Positions 39,601 through 49,560 of a stretch of 64,000 nt of DNA are shown piece after piece. Position numbers and translations under genes: made by a program. Numbering within the stretch: position 1 is the first letter of the stretch; each line of letters starts with the position of its first letter. The stretch spans positions 285,670 to 349,669 of the forward strand of contig OY760686.1 in NCBI GenBank assembly GCA_963663865.1. Direction: 5' to 3'. The stretch comes from Spirochaetota bacterium (GTDB taxonomy: Bacteria; Spirochaetota; UBA4802; UBA5550). The notes under the pieces are model-generated. The model saw only the letters and a list, made by a program, of their open reading frames with translations. It was not told the DNA's origin and did not search any database.

Positions 39601-40924
39601 CATCCTGTCCGCCAATCTCAATGATAGTATCGACCTCGGGATCAAGCTGTGCTGCAGCCCGCGCATGGGCCGTAATCTCATCTAATTCCAGGTCTGCTCC
39701 TATTATTCTGCCAATGAGCTTTCTGCCGGATCCGGTTGTACCTGCTCCGCAAGTTACAAATTTAATTCCTTTCTTTTCTTCGATATCGGCTACCGCTTCA
39801 AATATTGTCTGAACGGCCGCAACCGGTCTCCCTGATGTTCGAGTGTATAGCCCTGCAATTACCTCACTATTTGTATTCGTAATAACTGCTTTTGTGCTCG
39901 TTGAACCTATGTCAATGCCAAGAAAAACTTCTTCCGACTGACCCGCTTGAAGAGCCATGTAAATATCAACCTCTACGGGTGTAGAACCTGGGTTTTTTAT
40001 TGAATTAAAGTTATATTTCTCAAAGCTTGAAAATTCCGGATAGTTGGAGAGCTCTAACTTTAAAGGTTTATAGTAATACTTTTTCTCTTTACTTTCCTTT
40101 CTTAAAAGCTCTCGCGGAAAAACATTTTCGGCAAGTTGTTTCGAAGAACTGTCTCCCAGCATGCAAAGAACCGCACCGAGAGCTCCGTATAGATGTGACA
40201 TCTCTTCAACTTCAAGCTCAACTCCAATAAGTTTTTCAAGGTGTTGTGTAACGGCAGGGTTTTTTGAAACACCACCGGTCATTATAAGCGGAAGAACCGG
40301 ATTTGAATTATCGAAAAGGGTATCGACTATATTTTTTGCCAGACCAAAGCAAAGGCCATCACATATTTCATCAAGGGAGTAACCTTCCTGCTGTGCATGA
40401 ATTAGGTCCGTCTTTGCAAAAACGGCGCAACGCGAAGCAATCTTCGGGATATCCCCCTTATTGGTAAACGCAGTTTCACTGAATTCCTGGATTGTTTTCA
40501 GATTAAGCCTTCTGGCCTGCTGATCCAGGAAACTTCCCGTTCCAGCAGCGCATGAGCTGTTAGATCTGTAGTTAAGATAATTACCCTCTTCATCGAAGGT
40601 CACAACGCCGAACTTCTCCCCTCCGACAATAAGCAATGTTCCGGGTTTTCTCCCGTCACGGCACGCTGAACGGATAAAACATACTCTGCTGTCATAGATG
40701 TTGGCTGATTCAATGATGTCAGGCGTAGAAGATGTTATTCCAATCGCCTGGATTTCTCCGGGTTTATACTCTTCTATAAATTTTTCGACTTTTGTTCTTA
40801 TGTCTCCTTCGTGAAAATAATATTCCCATCGGAGAATCCGGCCTTCTTCGTCAACAAGAACAGCCGCAACAGCGATAGATCCTGCATCTATTCCAAGGTA
40901 CTTTTTTTTGTCTTTAGTGCTCAC
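36629..40924 (-). CDS. giant fused CoA-substrate-specific enzyme activase: two BadF/BadG/BcrA/BcrD (HgdC-like) ATPase domains plus 2-hydroxyacyl-CoA dehydratase (HgdA/B)-like domains
   Basis: two acetate/sugar-kinase-fold ATPase starts (GIDAGSIAVAAVL, GIDIGSTSTKAVI); downstream DUF2229-like blocks with conserved Cys (TGSGR, AAGTGSF). Confidence 0.8.
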   Translation of the reverse strand: MSTKDKKKYLGIDAGSIAVAAVLVDEEGRILRWEYYFHEGDIRTKVEKFIEEYKPGEIQAIGITSSTPDIIESANIYDSRVCFIRSACRDGRKPGTLLIVGGEKFGVVTFDEEGNYLNYRSNSSCAAGTGSFLDQQARRLNLKTIQEFSETAFTNKGDIPKIASRCAVFAKTDLIHAQQEGYSLDEICDGLCFGLAKNIVDTLFDNSNPVLPLIMTGGVSKNPAVTQHLEKLIGVELEVEEMSHLYGALGAVLCMLGDSSSKQLAENVFPRELLRKESKEKKYYYKPLKLELSNYPEFSSFEKYNFNSIKNPGSTPVEVDIYMALQAGQSEEVFLGIDIGSTSTKAVITNTNSEVIAGLYTRTSGRPVAAVQTIFEAVADIEEKKGIKFVTCGAGTTGSGRKLIGRIIGADLELDEITAHARAAAQLDPEVDTIIEIGGQDAKFTTLKNGMVTFSIMNNVCAAGTGSFIEEQARKLGCPLSEYSKRAEGREAPLSSDRCTVFMERDLNSFLTEGFDVDEILASVLHSVRDNYLTKVAVEKNIGKKIFFQGATARNRALVAAFEQRLKKPIMVSPYCHLTGALGVALCLQEMRLETTAFRGIGIYSETIPVKTEICDLCTNHCKIKIAEVGSQTVAFGFLCGRDYDTRKFINTNTSGFDLFKERSRVSTVSPLSDGKQQVVVGLPAALHLFEDIPMWKFFFKELGIKTLTSEGLRDAVKTGKRLSGAEFCAPVSEMHGHVRYLSERADYIFIPTYLERRDRRASRKNRRQYCYYTQFISSLVEEAGCMGGAKIISPLLYSLNPGFFMLKELYDAVNQITGGKVSFRQIFKALKAAEKFSEKVKKSLIDIYDKNRDREGLNVILLGRPYTILSKGMNKGIPDIFARLGVRVFYMDMVESRAKSIADVKGLLSAFHWNYAAKIIEYASYASRTEGVYPVLITSFKCTPDAYAVDYFKKIMDEAGKPYLVLQIDEHDSNVGYETRIEAGIRSFRNHLYEKEQKKTSFAKSGVVPVVKRGRKALAGKTLLLANWDDILGRFMTANLQREGVDARLLEEDEAMIHRSLSTNSGQCIPLNIIVHECVEYVRKYSLDPEKTVLWNIESRISCNLGMFPYYAKTLLEDYGDGNEKIDVYAGAISFYEMPVRASINMYLAFMFSGYLRLMGCRIRPYEAVTGTTDGVIEASASKLEEAFKKGSDFTAVLENIIKDFETIKIIPGKRPRVAIFGDFYVRDNRVMNQDIIRVIENNGGEVITTPYSELIKIIAAPYLKKWVKEGNYLEVVTSKVLLKAISLFENRYYKYFYRILKEPAQEFSMNPVDVLKKFNVRIEQSGESVENILKLYSLASHNKDISLFVQLNPAFCCPSLVTEAMAGEIERVTGIPIVTIEYDGTSGLKNEDIIPYLIFRKEKNIAEERIRGIDKYEVCAVGKEANLPD

Positions 40925-41140
40925 TCTGTTACCCCTTTTACCATTAATAAACCGGAGAGTCTCTTAGTTACTTTTACGTTATCCGCCTTTCAGAAAGCAG
41001 TCATACTGCCTAAGCCTGTCACAGCTTTTAATGTCCTGTTTCAGAGAGGATATTTTCAATGCGGAACAAAACTTGTCGGTCTATAAATTAGAACTTTGTA
41101 TTATAACAATAGCGGGTTATTGACATCGGGTCGACCGGAA

Positions 41141-42244
41141 TTATAATTCCGGAATAATTTCGTTTTGTAGATTAGATCTGAAGCGCGCCGGAGACTTGCC
41201 TGTACTGCGGGTAAAAACATCATAAAATACTGACTTGGAGTTAAAACCTGAGGACAGCGCTATGTCAAGAAGTGACCTCTGGGGATTATCCTTCATCTGA
41301 CTGATTGCCTCTTTTACGCGATACTCATTGATATAGGAATTAAAGTTGCTGTGCATGTAACTGTTTAAAAACGCGGAGAGCTGGTGCGGAGAAACATCAA
41401 GCATCGTGGAAAGACGGGACAGGCTGAGATCCTCATCACAGTATATCCTCTCCTCCTCCATCAGGAGTGTTATTCGCAACTTGAGCATCTCAGGATTCTT
41501 AACAGAAGATTCGTTCTCCCTGCCCTTTTTTTCACGCTTACTTCCCTTTTTCAGGTCGTGAAAAATGTAAGGATACTTCTGCCCCATAATAAACCAGAAA
41601 AGCATAAATGAACTGATAAGGAACATTGTCGCTCTTGCGTATCGCGGGTTGTGAAACAGATAGGTAGCCGTCAATGCCACCATAATAGCAAGAAGCCAGG
41701 CCGTTGCCGCGGCAGCGACCATAGTTGTCTTTCCTACACTATGCCTGGAAGGCAGAGAAAGCAAGTCCAGCTGAAAAAAAATTGCGGATAGATATATAAG
41801 CCCGGAAACAATACCAAAGGAATGGAAAAGCCTTACAAGCTGTTCTTTGATCTGAGGTTCCGAGAATAATGAAACAAATCCCGATCTTTCGGAGAGTACA
41901 ATCGCGAGAACAAGTAGAAAAGCGCAAAGTGCTGGAATATAATGTATGAGAGTTTTATTAGCAAAGCTAAACTTTTTATTAAATACCGTACAGTAAAATA
42001 TATACAATGATGGTCCAAGTACGAACTGGGCCAGCATTACCGGATGATCTCCAACCCTGACAACTCCATTGCCTCCTGCCATTAAAAAATACTGCTGCAG
42101 CTGTATAATCGCAATACTGGAAAAAATAATGAACAGCATGTAGTTCTTCACACCGCGTTTTTCCCTGACGAACTGCGAAACGGCAAACAGGAATGCCAGA
42201 AATCCGCCAAAAAGAATATACGAGTCTGCTAAGTTGAGAACCAT
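41141..42244 (-). CDS. AraC-family transcriptional regulator with N-terminal multi-TM sensor domain
   Basis: ~6-7 hydrophobic helices N-terminally; C-terminal HTH_AraC (LSLSRLSTMLDVSPHQLSAFLN...IALSSGFNSKSVFYDVFTRSTGKSP). Confidence 0.8.
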   Translation of the reverse strand: MVLNLADSYILFGGFLAFLFAVSQFVREKRGVKNYMLFIIFSSIAIIQLQQYFLMAGGNGVVRVGDHPVMLAQFVLGPSLYIFYCTVFNKKFSFANKTLIHYIPALCAFLLVLAIVLSERSGFVSLFSEPQIKEQLVRLFHSFGIVSGLIYLSAIFFQLDLLSLPSRHSVGKTTMVAAAATAWLLAIMVALTATYLFHNPRYARATMFLISSFMLFWFIMGQKYPYIFHDLKKGSKREKKGRENESSVKNPEMLKLRITLLMEEERIYCDEDLSLSRLSTMLDVSPHQLSAFLNSYMHSNFNSYINEYRVKEAISQMKDNPQRSLLDIALSSGFNSKSVFYDVFTRSTGKSPARFRSNLQNEIIPEL

Positions 42245-42442
42245 TGATACACCGTCCAGTTTTCAATATAATCTCATTCTTATGAAATCTGTCACCAACA
42301 TTTTTCCATCTTTTATAACTGAGCCCCTACTTCGTTTTCTAAAATACTCTAAAGACAGAGGCACATAACCGATATAAAGAGAAAGATTGTGAATGATTGG
42401 CAATTTTTAGCTGAGATAAAATCAGATAAAGAACGGTTCCAT

Positions 42443-43915
42443 ATGAAAACCATAAATAAAATATTTCTTATAACTGTCATTGCGGCTCTATCTCATCACG
42501 CTGTCCATGCAGGCAACTTTGTTAAAATCAAATCTGTCGACAGCAGGAACTCCTATCCTTCTATAGTTGTAAACATATCCGCGGGCGGGCCGGACTTTTC
42601 TGCTCTCACAGGCCTCTCGGAAGAAAATATTCAGATATTTGAAGACGGCTATCTTGTTAACTATTTCAAAGTTATCCCTCTTGATGAGACATTTACTGTC
42701 CAGTCAGTCATTGTTTTTGACTCAAGCAGAAGCATAAGCTCATCTGACTTTTCTCTAATGAAAAAAGCCGTTAACTCATTTCTTCAATGTTGCGGCAGCA
42801 ATGTAAACGCAGCCTTGATCCGGTTTAACGGGAAAAAACACATACTCAGCGGCTTCACAGAAAAACACTCCGAGATAATGGACGGAATAAACACCATTCA
42901 CCCGGAGGGAAAGATGACGCTTCTTTTTGATACCCTCTACGATGCCGTCAAACTTCTTCAGTCGGACGCCGGACACAAAAAGACAATTTTCCTTGTAACA
43001 GACGGGAAAGATGAGGGAAGCAGCATCAAGCCGGATGATATCATTCAATCAGCAGTCAATTCGGGAGTGAGAATATACACTCTGATTATTGGGAGGCCGC
43101 ACAGCGCCAGGGAAACAGTCCGTATATCCAGCCTGTCGGGAGGGAAATCCGTATATTTGTCCGAGCCTGAAGAGATGACAGCATTTTTTCGGCACATCAG
43201 CTCTCCATCACACAAAAAATACCGCCTTGAGTATAAAACCGATATAACTTCAGAAAACAACAAACACACGCTTGAAGTCAGGCTCAAAAAGAATACATTG
43301 ATGGACCGAGACTTTTCAGAGTTTACCATCAGTTCAAGATCAGCTTCACTAAAACGATTTCTTGAATCGAGGTTCCTTTTCCCGGCCATGGCCGTTGTTT
43401 TCGTCCTGATTGTCCTTATGATTATATTAAGGATTGTTAAATCGGTCAAAAGTCACAGAAAAACTAAAAATGATAAAGATAAATTCATCTTTCAGAGGTC
43501 CCGAGAGGATTCATTTAAAGACAACGGCATTGTCAATAATCCGGAGATTAGCCCCTGCGCTCAGGCGGAAACAACCCCAGTAACACCAGACGAAATAAAA
43601 ACTGAAAGTCAATATATTAAAGCCTGGCTCATTGCGAGAGATTCAGATTCCGGACAAAAGTATATTATTCAGTCCGATGAAACTACGATGGGCTCTTCCA
43701 GAGACAATGACATTCCTCTTGATGATGATTACGTATCAGAGTATCATTCAAAAATAAAGAGAGTAAACACTGTGTTTTTTCTTTTTGATCTCGTCAGTGA
43801 AAACGGAACATTTCTCAACGGAAAGAAACTGCTGCGGCCTAAACAACTCCATGATTGGGATGAAATTCAAATGGGGAAATCCTTTCTCATTTTCCGCGGA
43901 TCAAACTTGTCATAG
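42443..43915 (+). CDS. VWA-domain / transmembrane / FHA-domain signalling protein
   Basis: signal peptide; VWA MIDAS motif VIVFDSSRSIS; central TM FLFPAMAVVFVLIVLMIIL; C-terminal FHA (SRDNDIPLDDDYVSEYHSKI...ENGTFLNGKKL); track start 42389 is GTG, ATG 42443 preferred. Confidence 0.8.
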   Translation: MKTINKIFLITVIAALSHHAVHAGNFVKIKSVDSRNSYPSIVVNISAGGPDFSALTGLSEENIQIFEDGYLVNYFKVIPLDETFTVQSVIVFDSSRSISSSDFSLMKKAVNSFLQCCGSNVNAALIRFNGKKHILSGFTEKHSEIMDGINTIHPEGKMTLLFDTLYDAVKLLQSDAGHKKTIFLVTDGKDEGSSIKPDDIIQSAVNSGVRIYTLIIGRPHSARETVRISSLSGGKSVYLSEPEEMTAFFRHISSPSHKKYRLEYKTDITSENNKHTLEVRLKKNTLMDRDFSEFTISSRSASLKRFLESRFLFPAMAVVFVLIVLMIILRIVKSVKSHRKTKNDKDKFIFQRSREDSFKDNGIVNNPEISPCAQAETTPVTPDEIKTESQYIKAWLIARDSDSGQKYIIQSDETTMGSSRDNDIPLDDDYVSEYHSKIKRVNTVFFLFDLVSENGTFLNGKKLLRPKQLHDWDEIQMGKSFLIFRGSNLS

Positions 43916-43944
43916 AAGCGACTGGCCAATCGGCTGAATATTCC

Positions 43945-43973
43945 TTGACGATGGCAATATCCCTGTGTAATAA
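43945..43973 (+). promoter_or_regulatory. candidate sigma70 promoter for rhomboid gene (TTGACG-17 nt-TAATAA)
   Basis: TTGACG 43945-43950, 17-nt spacer, TAATAA 43968-43973. Confidence 0.3.
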
Positions 43974-44012
43974 TAAATTTTCTTTACATCTCATCTTACG
44001 GAAGAACAATAA

Positions 44013-44879
44013 ATGGCATACGGTCAGAATTTAAATATCAGGTTCGGCGGACCAGTGACCCCCATGGTTAAAAGGCTGCTTATAATCAATGCATCAGTTT
44101 TCCTTCTTCAACAGATACTATCTCTAATGGCTCCCGGTACAATCGAATCAATTTTTGGACTATCTCACGACGGGCTGACAAGCAGCTTCAGGTTCTGGCA
44201 AATTTTCACGTACATGTTTCTTCATGGCGGATGGCTGCACATAATATTTAATCTCCTCGCCTTGTGGATGTTCGCAGGAGAGCTGGAACGTCTCTGGGGC
44301 AGCGTTTTTTTCCTTAAGTATTATCTTTATTCAGGAATTGGCGCTGGTCTTTTTATCGCCGGTATGAACACCTACCTGTTCCATATGACTGGCGCTTCTC
44401 CTGTAACTCTCGGAGCTTCCGGTGCTATCTATGCCCTGCTCCTGGCATACGGCATCAACTGGCCCAACAGGGAAGTTCTCCTTTACTTCCTTATCCCGGT
44501 TAAGATCAAGTACCTTCTTGTTGTTTTTGGACTCATTGAATTCTTCGGAACCATCTCAACTGCTTCGAGCGGCGGCAAAGGGATAAGCCATATCGGTCAT
44601 CTTGGCGGGCTTATTACCGGTCTTGTCATACTTTATTTCAGGTCAGGACGAATCCCTATATTTAAAAATATCAACTTCGCCTCCAGGCTGCTTAAGAAAC
44701 TCCGGCTTAAGAAAAAAAAGAAACAGATAGACAAGCGCATTAAAGCAAAGGTAATCATTGACCAGCTTCTCGAAAAAATAGCAAGAAGCGGAATGCAGTC
44801 CCTTTCATCTGAGGAAAAAAAACAGCTTGAATGGGCAAGACGTCATTATTACCCGGACAAGAAAAACACCTTTCACTGA
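44013..44879 (+). CDS. rhomboid-family intramembrane serine protease
   Basis: 6 TM; GASGAIYALL (GxSG) and catalytic His in IGHLGGL; Lys-rich cytoplasmic tail. Confidence 0.85.
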   Translation: MAYGQNLNIRFGGPVTPMVKRLLIINASVFLLQQILSLMAPGTIESIFGLSHDGLTSSFRFWQIFTYMFLHGGWLHIIFNLLALWMFAGELERLWGSVFFLKYYLYSGIGAGLFIAGMNTYLFHMTGASPVTLGASGAIYALLLAYGINWPNREVLLYFLIPVKIKYLLVVFGLIEFFGTISTASSGGKGISHIGHLGGLITGLVILYFRSGRIPIFKNINFASRLLKKLRLKKKKKQIDKRIKAKVIIDQLLEKIARSGMQSLSSEEKKQLEWARRHYYPDKKNTFH

Positions 44880-44952
44880 TTATATCATTAACTGTTAAAC
44901 CAAATCTTAAATCCTTTCGATAATAATAATAGATTATCGGAAGGACGCCAGA

Positions 44953-46689
44953 ATGAAGAACACGCCCCGTCGCCACTACCTGAAGCGGCACAGTCAGTAT
45001 ATTGAAAACCGCTTATCAGTAATAAAACAACTCCTTGATTCGCTTCATTCCCCGGAAAGAGACAACACACTTATAGACATCATGTCCTTTTTTATGTCAC
45101 ATAACACACTCCCAGTTTCAGCTGAAACACTCACTCCTGCAGCCCAAAGCATTTCTGAAATAAAGGAGCTGATTAAACGATGGGACATAGTTTCCAATGG
45201 AGATATATTGGGATACATTTATCAGAAATTAAAGTGCAGCGCCGGGAAAAAAAAGATAGGCCAATTCTTCACGCCTGGAGACATAGTCTCTCATTTAACT
45301 GAGAGTGCGATCAGAATCACAGAAAATCCCTCTTCTGTGATTCTTGATCCGGCATGCGGCTCAGGTCAATTTCTCATGAGCGCGTACATATTTCTTCATG
45401 AACAGCTTTCAACCTCACAACGTGAAAATCCAGAAACGATAATAAGTAAATATATATACGGTATCGACACCGACCCTGTTGCTGTTCAAATCTGTAAGTT
45501 CAATCTATCCAGAATTTCCGGGGTAGAAGAAAGCAAAATCAACATTGTTTGCTCAAATTTCCTTGGGGATGATAACTTAATAGAGGGTATAAAACCTGAC
45601 ATCATTATCGGAAACCCGCCCTGGGGAGGAATGCTCACAAAAGAAGAAAAGAAGCGTTTCAGGAACAAATTTATTTCTTCGCAGTCAGGGATAAACACTT
45701 TCACACTTTTTCTCGAACAAGCATTCAGAATAACAAACGGAAACGGCATAGTTGCTTTTCTAATCCCTGAGGCATATCTAAACATCAAAGCACACAGAGA
45801 ATCGCGGAAGTTCGTTCTCAAGCACGCATCTATTAAAGAGATAGCACTATGGGGCGAAAGGTTCAAGGGCGTTTTTGCCCCAGCGGCTTCTATAATAGCA
45901 AAAAAAGAAAGTAACCAGTCAATTATATCACGAAACATAGTTTGCATCAAGGACACAAAAGATACATTCCATCAGACAGCCTCCCGGCTTGTCCCTCAGG
46001 ATTCATTCAAAAAAACTCCAGACAATATTTTTAACATAAACTATTCCAGAAAATGCGTGAATATTATTGAAACCATAAGCGATAACGCAGGGCTTACTCT
46101 TAAAAACAGATCTGTTTTTTTTCTCGGAATAGTCAGCGGAGATAATACGAGACACATAAGCCCCACCAAAACCCAGAAACACATGGACCCCATACTTATT
46201 GGCAAGGATTTATCAAAATACCATATCAATTTCAGCGGCCATTATTTTCACTACAACCCGGAAGACCTTCAGCAGGTAGCACCACAACATTTGTACCAGC
46301 AGAAGAACAAGGTTCTGTACAGGTTCATTGGCAAGAAACTGACTTTCGCCATTGACCGTTCCGGATATTACACTCTTAACAACATCAACGGATTTATTCC
46401 TTCGATTGAAGAGCTCAATACTGAAACAATTGTCTCATTATTAAACTCAGACCTTATACAATACTATTACGAGAATAATTTTTTTACAGTGAAGGTTCTT
46501 AAGGGAAACCTGGAGAGGCTCCCTTTAAAACGTATATCCCGGGAGAATCAGGAAAAGATTAAAACATACTATTCTGATCTCGAAAATGGCTGCGGAAACG
46601 CCGACTATTTAAAAGCCAATATTGATGATATAATTTTTCATGAGTATGGAATAAAAGACAGAGAGGCATATCTTACTGCAGCAGTTTAG
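44953..46689 (+). CDS. gamma-class N6-adenine DNA methyltransferase (Eco57I/TaqI-like) with C-terminal target-recognition region; no adjacent nuclease
   Basis: motif X GQFFTP, motif I DPACGSGQFL, motif IV IIGNPPWG; ~300-aa C-terminal TRD-like region. Confidence 0.85.
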   Translation: MKNTPRRHYLKRHSQYIENRLSVIKQLLDSLHSPERDNTLIDIMSFFMSHNTLPVSAETLTPAAQSISEIKELIKRWDIVSNGDILGYIYQKLKCSAGKKKIGQFFTPGDIVSHLTESAIRITENPSSVILDPACGSGQFLMSAYIFLHEQLSTSQRENPETIISKYIYGIDTDPVAVQICKFNLSRISGVEESKINIVCSNFLGDDNLIEGIKPDIIIGNPPWGGMLTKEEKKRFRNKFISSQSGINTFTLFLEQAFRITNGNGIVAFLIPEAYLNIKAHRESRKFVLKHASIKEIALWGERFKGVFAPAASIIAKKESNQSIISRNIVCIKDTKDTFHQTASRLVPQDSFKKTPDNIFNINYSRKCVNIIETISDNAGLTLKNRSVFFLGIVSGDNTRHISPTKTQKHMDPILIGKDLSKYHINFSGHYFHYNPEDLQQVAPQHLYQQKNKVLYRFIGKKLTFAIDRSGYYTLNNINGFIPSIEELNTETIVSLLNSDLIQYYYENNFFTVKVLKGNLERLPLKRISRENQEKIKTYYSDLENGCGNADYLKANIDDIIFHEYGIKDREAYLTAAV

Positions 46690-46708
46690 AGCCGGACTAC
46701 TTTCCGGC

Positions 46709-47419
46709 CTAAAAAGCTTCCGAATCTCTTTTAATTATCGGATACCTTCTCGGATACAAGCCTGCTGTTTTTTTAACCTTCTCAAAAACAAGACCATAAC
46801 GAGAAAGATTATCCGCATTCTCACTTGCAGGTTCAAGACCGAGTCTAACGGCATGCTTAATTACTCCGGAAGGCAGCTCGTCAAACGTGAGCTTTGAATA
46901 AACAAACAGCCTCCCTGTGACTTTCAGAAAGGGAGCGGCCATTTCAAGTACCACATATACTTCAGCAAAAGCCCTGGACAGAACAAGATCATACTCTCCC
47001 CTGAGCATCTTTTCCCGTCCGGCCTCCTCTATTCTCACCTTACTGGCGGAGACATTATCTACCTTTAGCTCACCAAGCGTTCTATTGATAAAATCAATCT
47101 TCTTGCCATTAGAATCAAAGAGAACCCCCTCAACGCCGGGAAAGCATATCGCGAAAGGTATGCCGGGGACTCCCGCCCCCGTTCCGAGATCCGCAAATTT
47201 TGTTCCACGTGGAACATTCTCTCCAACAAAAGGAACAAGGCTTTTAACTACGAGCTCAGACTCTATTTGCTCAATGGTTTTAAATCCGGTCAGATTAAAC
47301 ATACCGGAAGCCTCTGATACCATTGCCGCATATTGCTTCAATTTACTGACTATCTCGTTGTCTTTAAACCCGGCAGCTGCTGCCCACTCTTCAATTGTCA
47401 CAAGTTCCACGTGGAACAT
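46709..47419 (-). CDS. rsmG: 16S rRNA m7G527 methyltransferase RsmG (GidB)
   Basis: N-terminus aligns with RsmG; SAM motif [11 protein letters not shown]. Confidence 0.9.
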   Translation of the reverse strand: MFHVELVTIEEWAAAAGFKDNEIVSKLKQYAAMVSEASGMFNLTGFKTIEQIESELVVKSLVPFVGENVPRGTKFADLGTGAGVPGIPFAICFPGVEGVLFDSNGKKIDFINRTLGELKVDNVSASKVRIEEAGREKMLRGEYDLVLSRAFAEVYVVLEMAAPFLKVTGRLFVYSKLTFDELPSGVIKHAVRLGLEPASENADNLSRYGLVFEKVKKTAGLYPRRYPIIKRDSEAF

Positions 47420-49277
47420 CCCCCTTTTGTCTTGCGTTGTTTTCCAGATGATATATCAACACGGAAATATGTGAAGGGTCAACGCCGGATATCCTTGAGG
47501 CCTGACCAACGGTCGCAGGTCGGATTTTCATCAACTTATCAAGCGCTTCTCTTTTGATTCCATTGATAGACGAATAGTCAAAATCAGAGGGGATGCTGAA
47601 CAACTCCATCTTTTCAATTTTAGCGATCTTTTCCTCAGCCCTTTTTATATACCCTTCATACTTAATCTCCATTTCGACAACTGAAGCTGTAATTTCATCG
47701 ATCACAAGGCCAGTCAAAGGGATAACCTTTGAGGCTTCGATTCCGGGACGTTTAAGAAGCCTGCCGCAGTTTATTCTACCCGGAGCAAGTCCTCCGGTGT
47801 ACTCACCAGGAAGACCGCTAATAAACGTACTGTCGATTGTCACTGACGATGCGTTTAATCTCTCAACACATTCATCAATCTTTCGATATTTTTCGAGCAT
47901 CATTTCATAGCTTTCTTTTCTCAAAAGCCCTGTTTCAACCCCATACTTCATCAGCCGTCTGTCGCAGTTGTCCTGTCTTAGCATCAGCCTGTGTTCAGCA
48001 CGGGAAGTAAACATCCTGTATGGTTCATTCGTGCCCTTTGTTACAAGGTCATCAATGAGAACACCTATGTAGGCTTCTGATCTTTTCAAAACAAGCGGCT
48101 TTTTCCCTTTTATCAAGTTGCTTGCGTTGATTGCTGCTATCAGGCCCTGCGCGGCAGCTTCTTCATAACCTGAAGTTCCATTGATCTGTCCGGCGTGAAA
48201 AAGCCCTCTAACTCTTTTCGTTTCAAGGGATGGATAAAGCTCTGTTGGAGGAACAAAGTCATATTCTATCGCGTAGGCTGGACGCATAACAACCGCACTC
48301 TCAAGTCCGGGAATAGTCTTCATCATTTTAAGCTGTACATCTTCAGGAAGAGAGCTTGAAAATCCGTTAATGTAAAACTCATTTGTATTTAGTCCTTCAG
48401 GCTCAAGAAAGAGCTGATGCCGATCCTTTCCGGAAAACCTTACAACCTTATCTTCTATTGAAGGACAATACCTGGCTCCGGTTCCTTTTATCGCTCCGCC
48501 GTAAAGAGGAGACCTGTCAAGACTGCCTTTAATTATTTTGTGTGTTTCTTCGTTGGTATATGTAATCCAGCAAGGTACCTGAGTATTGTTTATTTTTTCT
48601 GTAGAATATGAAAACGGAACAGGAATTTCATCCGGATGCTGAATCTCACATCTTGAGAAATCAATACTTGAGCCGTTTACTCTTGGAGGAGTTCCTGTCT
48701 TTAACCTGAAAATGGGAAACCCTATTTTTTCAAGAGATTGGCTTAGCTTTTCAGAAGCAAAATCAGCAAGCCTCCCCGCTCTCTCCTGATATTCACCAAT
48801 ATGGATTAACCCTCTTAAAAATGTTCCTGTGCAGATTATTACCGTTTTTGATTCAAACTCAATACCCCTGGATGTTCTGATTCCTCTTACAACAGAATCT
48901 TCAACCAGTATTTCGTCGGCAATGTCTTGAAAGAGATGAAGGTTTTCTCGATCTTCAAGTTTTTTCTTGGCAAGTTCCTGGTAGCGTTTTTTGTCTGCCT
49001 GTGCTCTGGGAGACCACACCGCAGCACCCCTGCTCCTGTTAAGCATTTTAAAATGAATACCTGTTTCATCAATAATACGTCCCATTACGCCGCCAAGCGC
49101 GTCTATTTCCTTAACGAGATGGCCCTTGGCTAAACCTCCAATCGCTGGATTACAGCTCATCTGAGCAATTGTATCAAGATTACCCGTTATTAAAAGAGTC
49201 GACATGCCCATTCCGGCTGCCCCCATAGCCGCCTCTACTCCGGCATGCCCTCCCCCGATAATTATAACATCATACAT
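47391..49277 (-). CDS. mnmG: tRNA uridine-5-carboxymethylaminomethyl modification enzyme MnmG (GidA)
   Basis: FAD motif [13 protein letters not shown]; full-length 628 aa. Confidence 0.95.
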   Translation of the reverse strand: MYDVIIIGGGHAGVEAAMGAAGMGMSTLLITGNLDTIAQMSCNPAIGGLAKGHLVKEIDALGGVMGRIIDETGIHFKMLNRSRGAAVWSPRAQADKKRYQELAKKKLEDRENLHLFQDIADEILVEDSVVRGIRTSRGIEFESKTVIICTGTFLRGLIHIGEYQERAGRLADFASEKLSQSLEKIGFPIFRLKTGTPPRVNGSSIDFSRCEIQHPDEIPVPFSYSTEKINNTQVPCWITYTNEETHKIIKGSLDRSPLYGGAIKGTGARYCPSIEDKVVRFSGKDRHQLFLEPEGLNTNEFYINGFSSSLPEDVQLKMMKTIPGLESAVVMRPAYAIEYDFVPPTELYPSLETKRVRGLFHAGQINGTSGYEEAAAQGLIAAINASNLIKGKKPLVLKRSEAYIGVLIDDLVTKGTNEPYRMFTSRAEHRLMLRQDNCDRRLMKYGVETGLLRKESYEMMLEKYRKIDECVERLNASSVTIDSTFISGLPGEYTGGLAPGRINCGRLLKRPGIEASKVIPLTGLVIDEITASVVEMEIKYEGYIKRAEEKIAKIEKMELFSIPSDFDYSSINGIKREALDKLMKIRPATVGQASRISGVDPSHISVLIYHLENNARQKGDVPRGTCDN

Positions 49278-49560
49278 TTCAACACCTCTTGTTTGATTAA
49301 TGTCCTATAACTGTTTCCGGGTTTGAGGTGCAAACATTAATTAAAATATTTTTAGGTCATTCAATAATGCCGGCTGGTAAATTACTTTTTCTCTGGAGGG
49401 GTTGATGCTATATTTGTTAATTATTCAACTCTGCAAAATTTCTCAGCTTGATGAGTCCTATTACTAGCCTAATATAATTGTTTAATATTTTTTGTTTTTC
49501 GATTTGAAACATACTAATGAAGTGAGCCTTATCTGACATAATCTATGAATTCACTAAAAA

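Noticed and set aside
44920-44941. AT-only hairpin cgataat-aataatag-attatcg upstream of the methyltransferase gene
   Set aside because: Stem is all A/T (very weak) and overlaps the probable promoter. Could be an operator but there is no supporting evidence.
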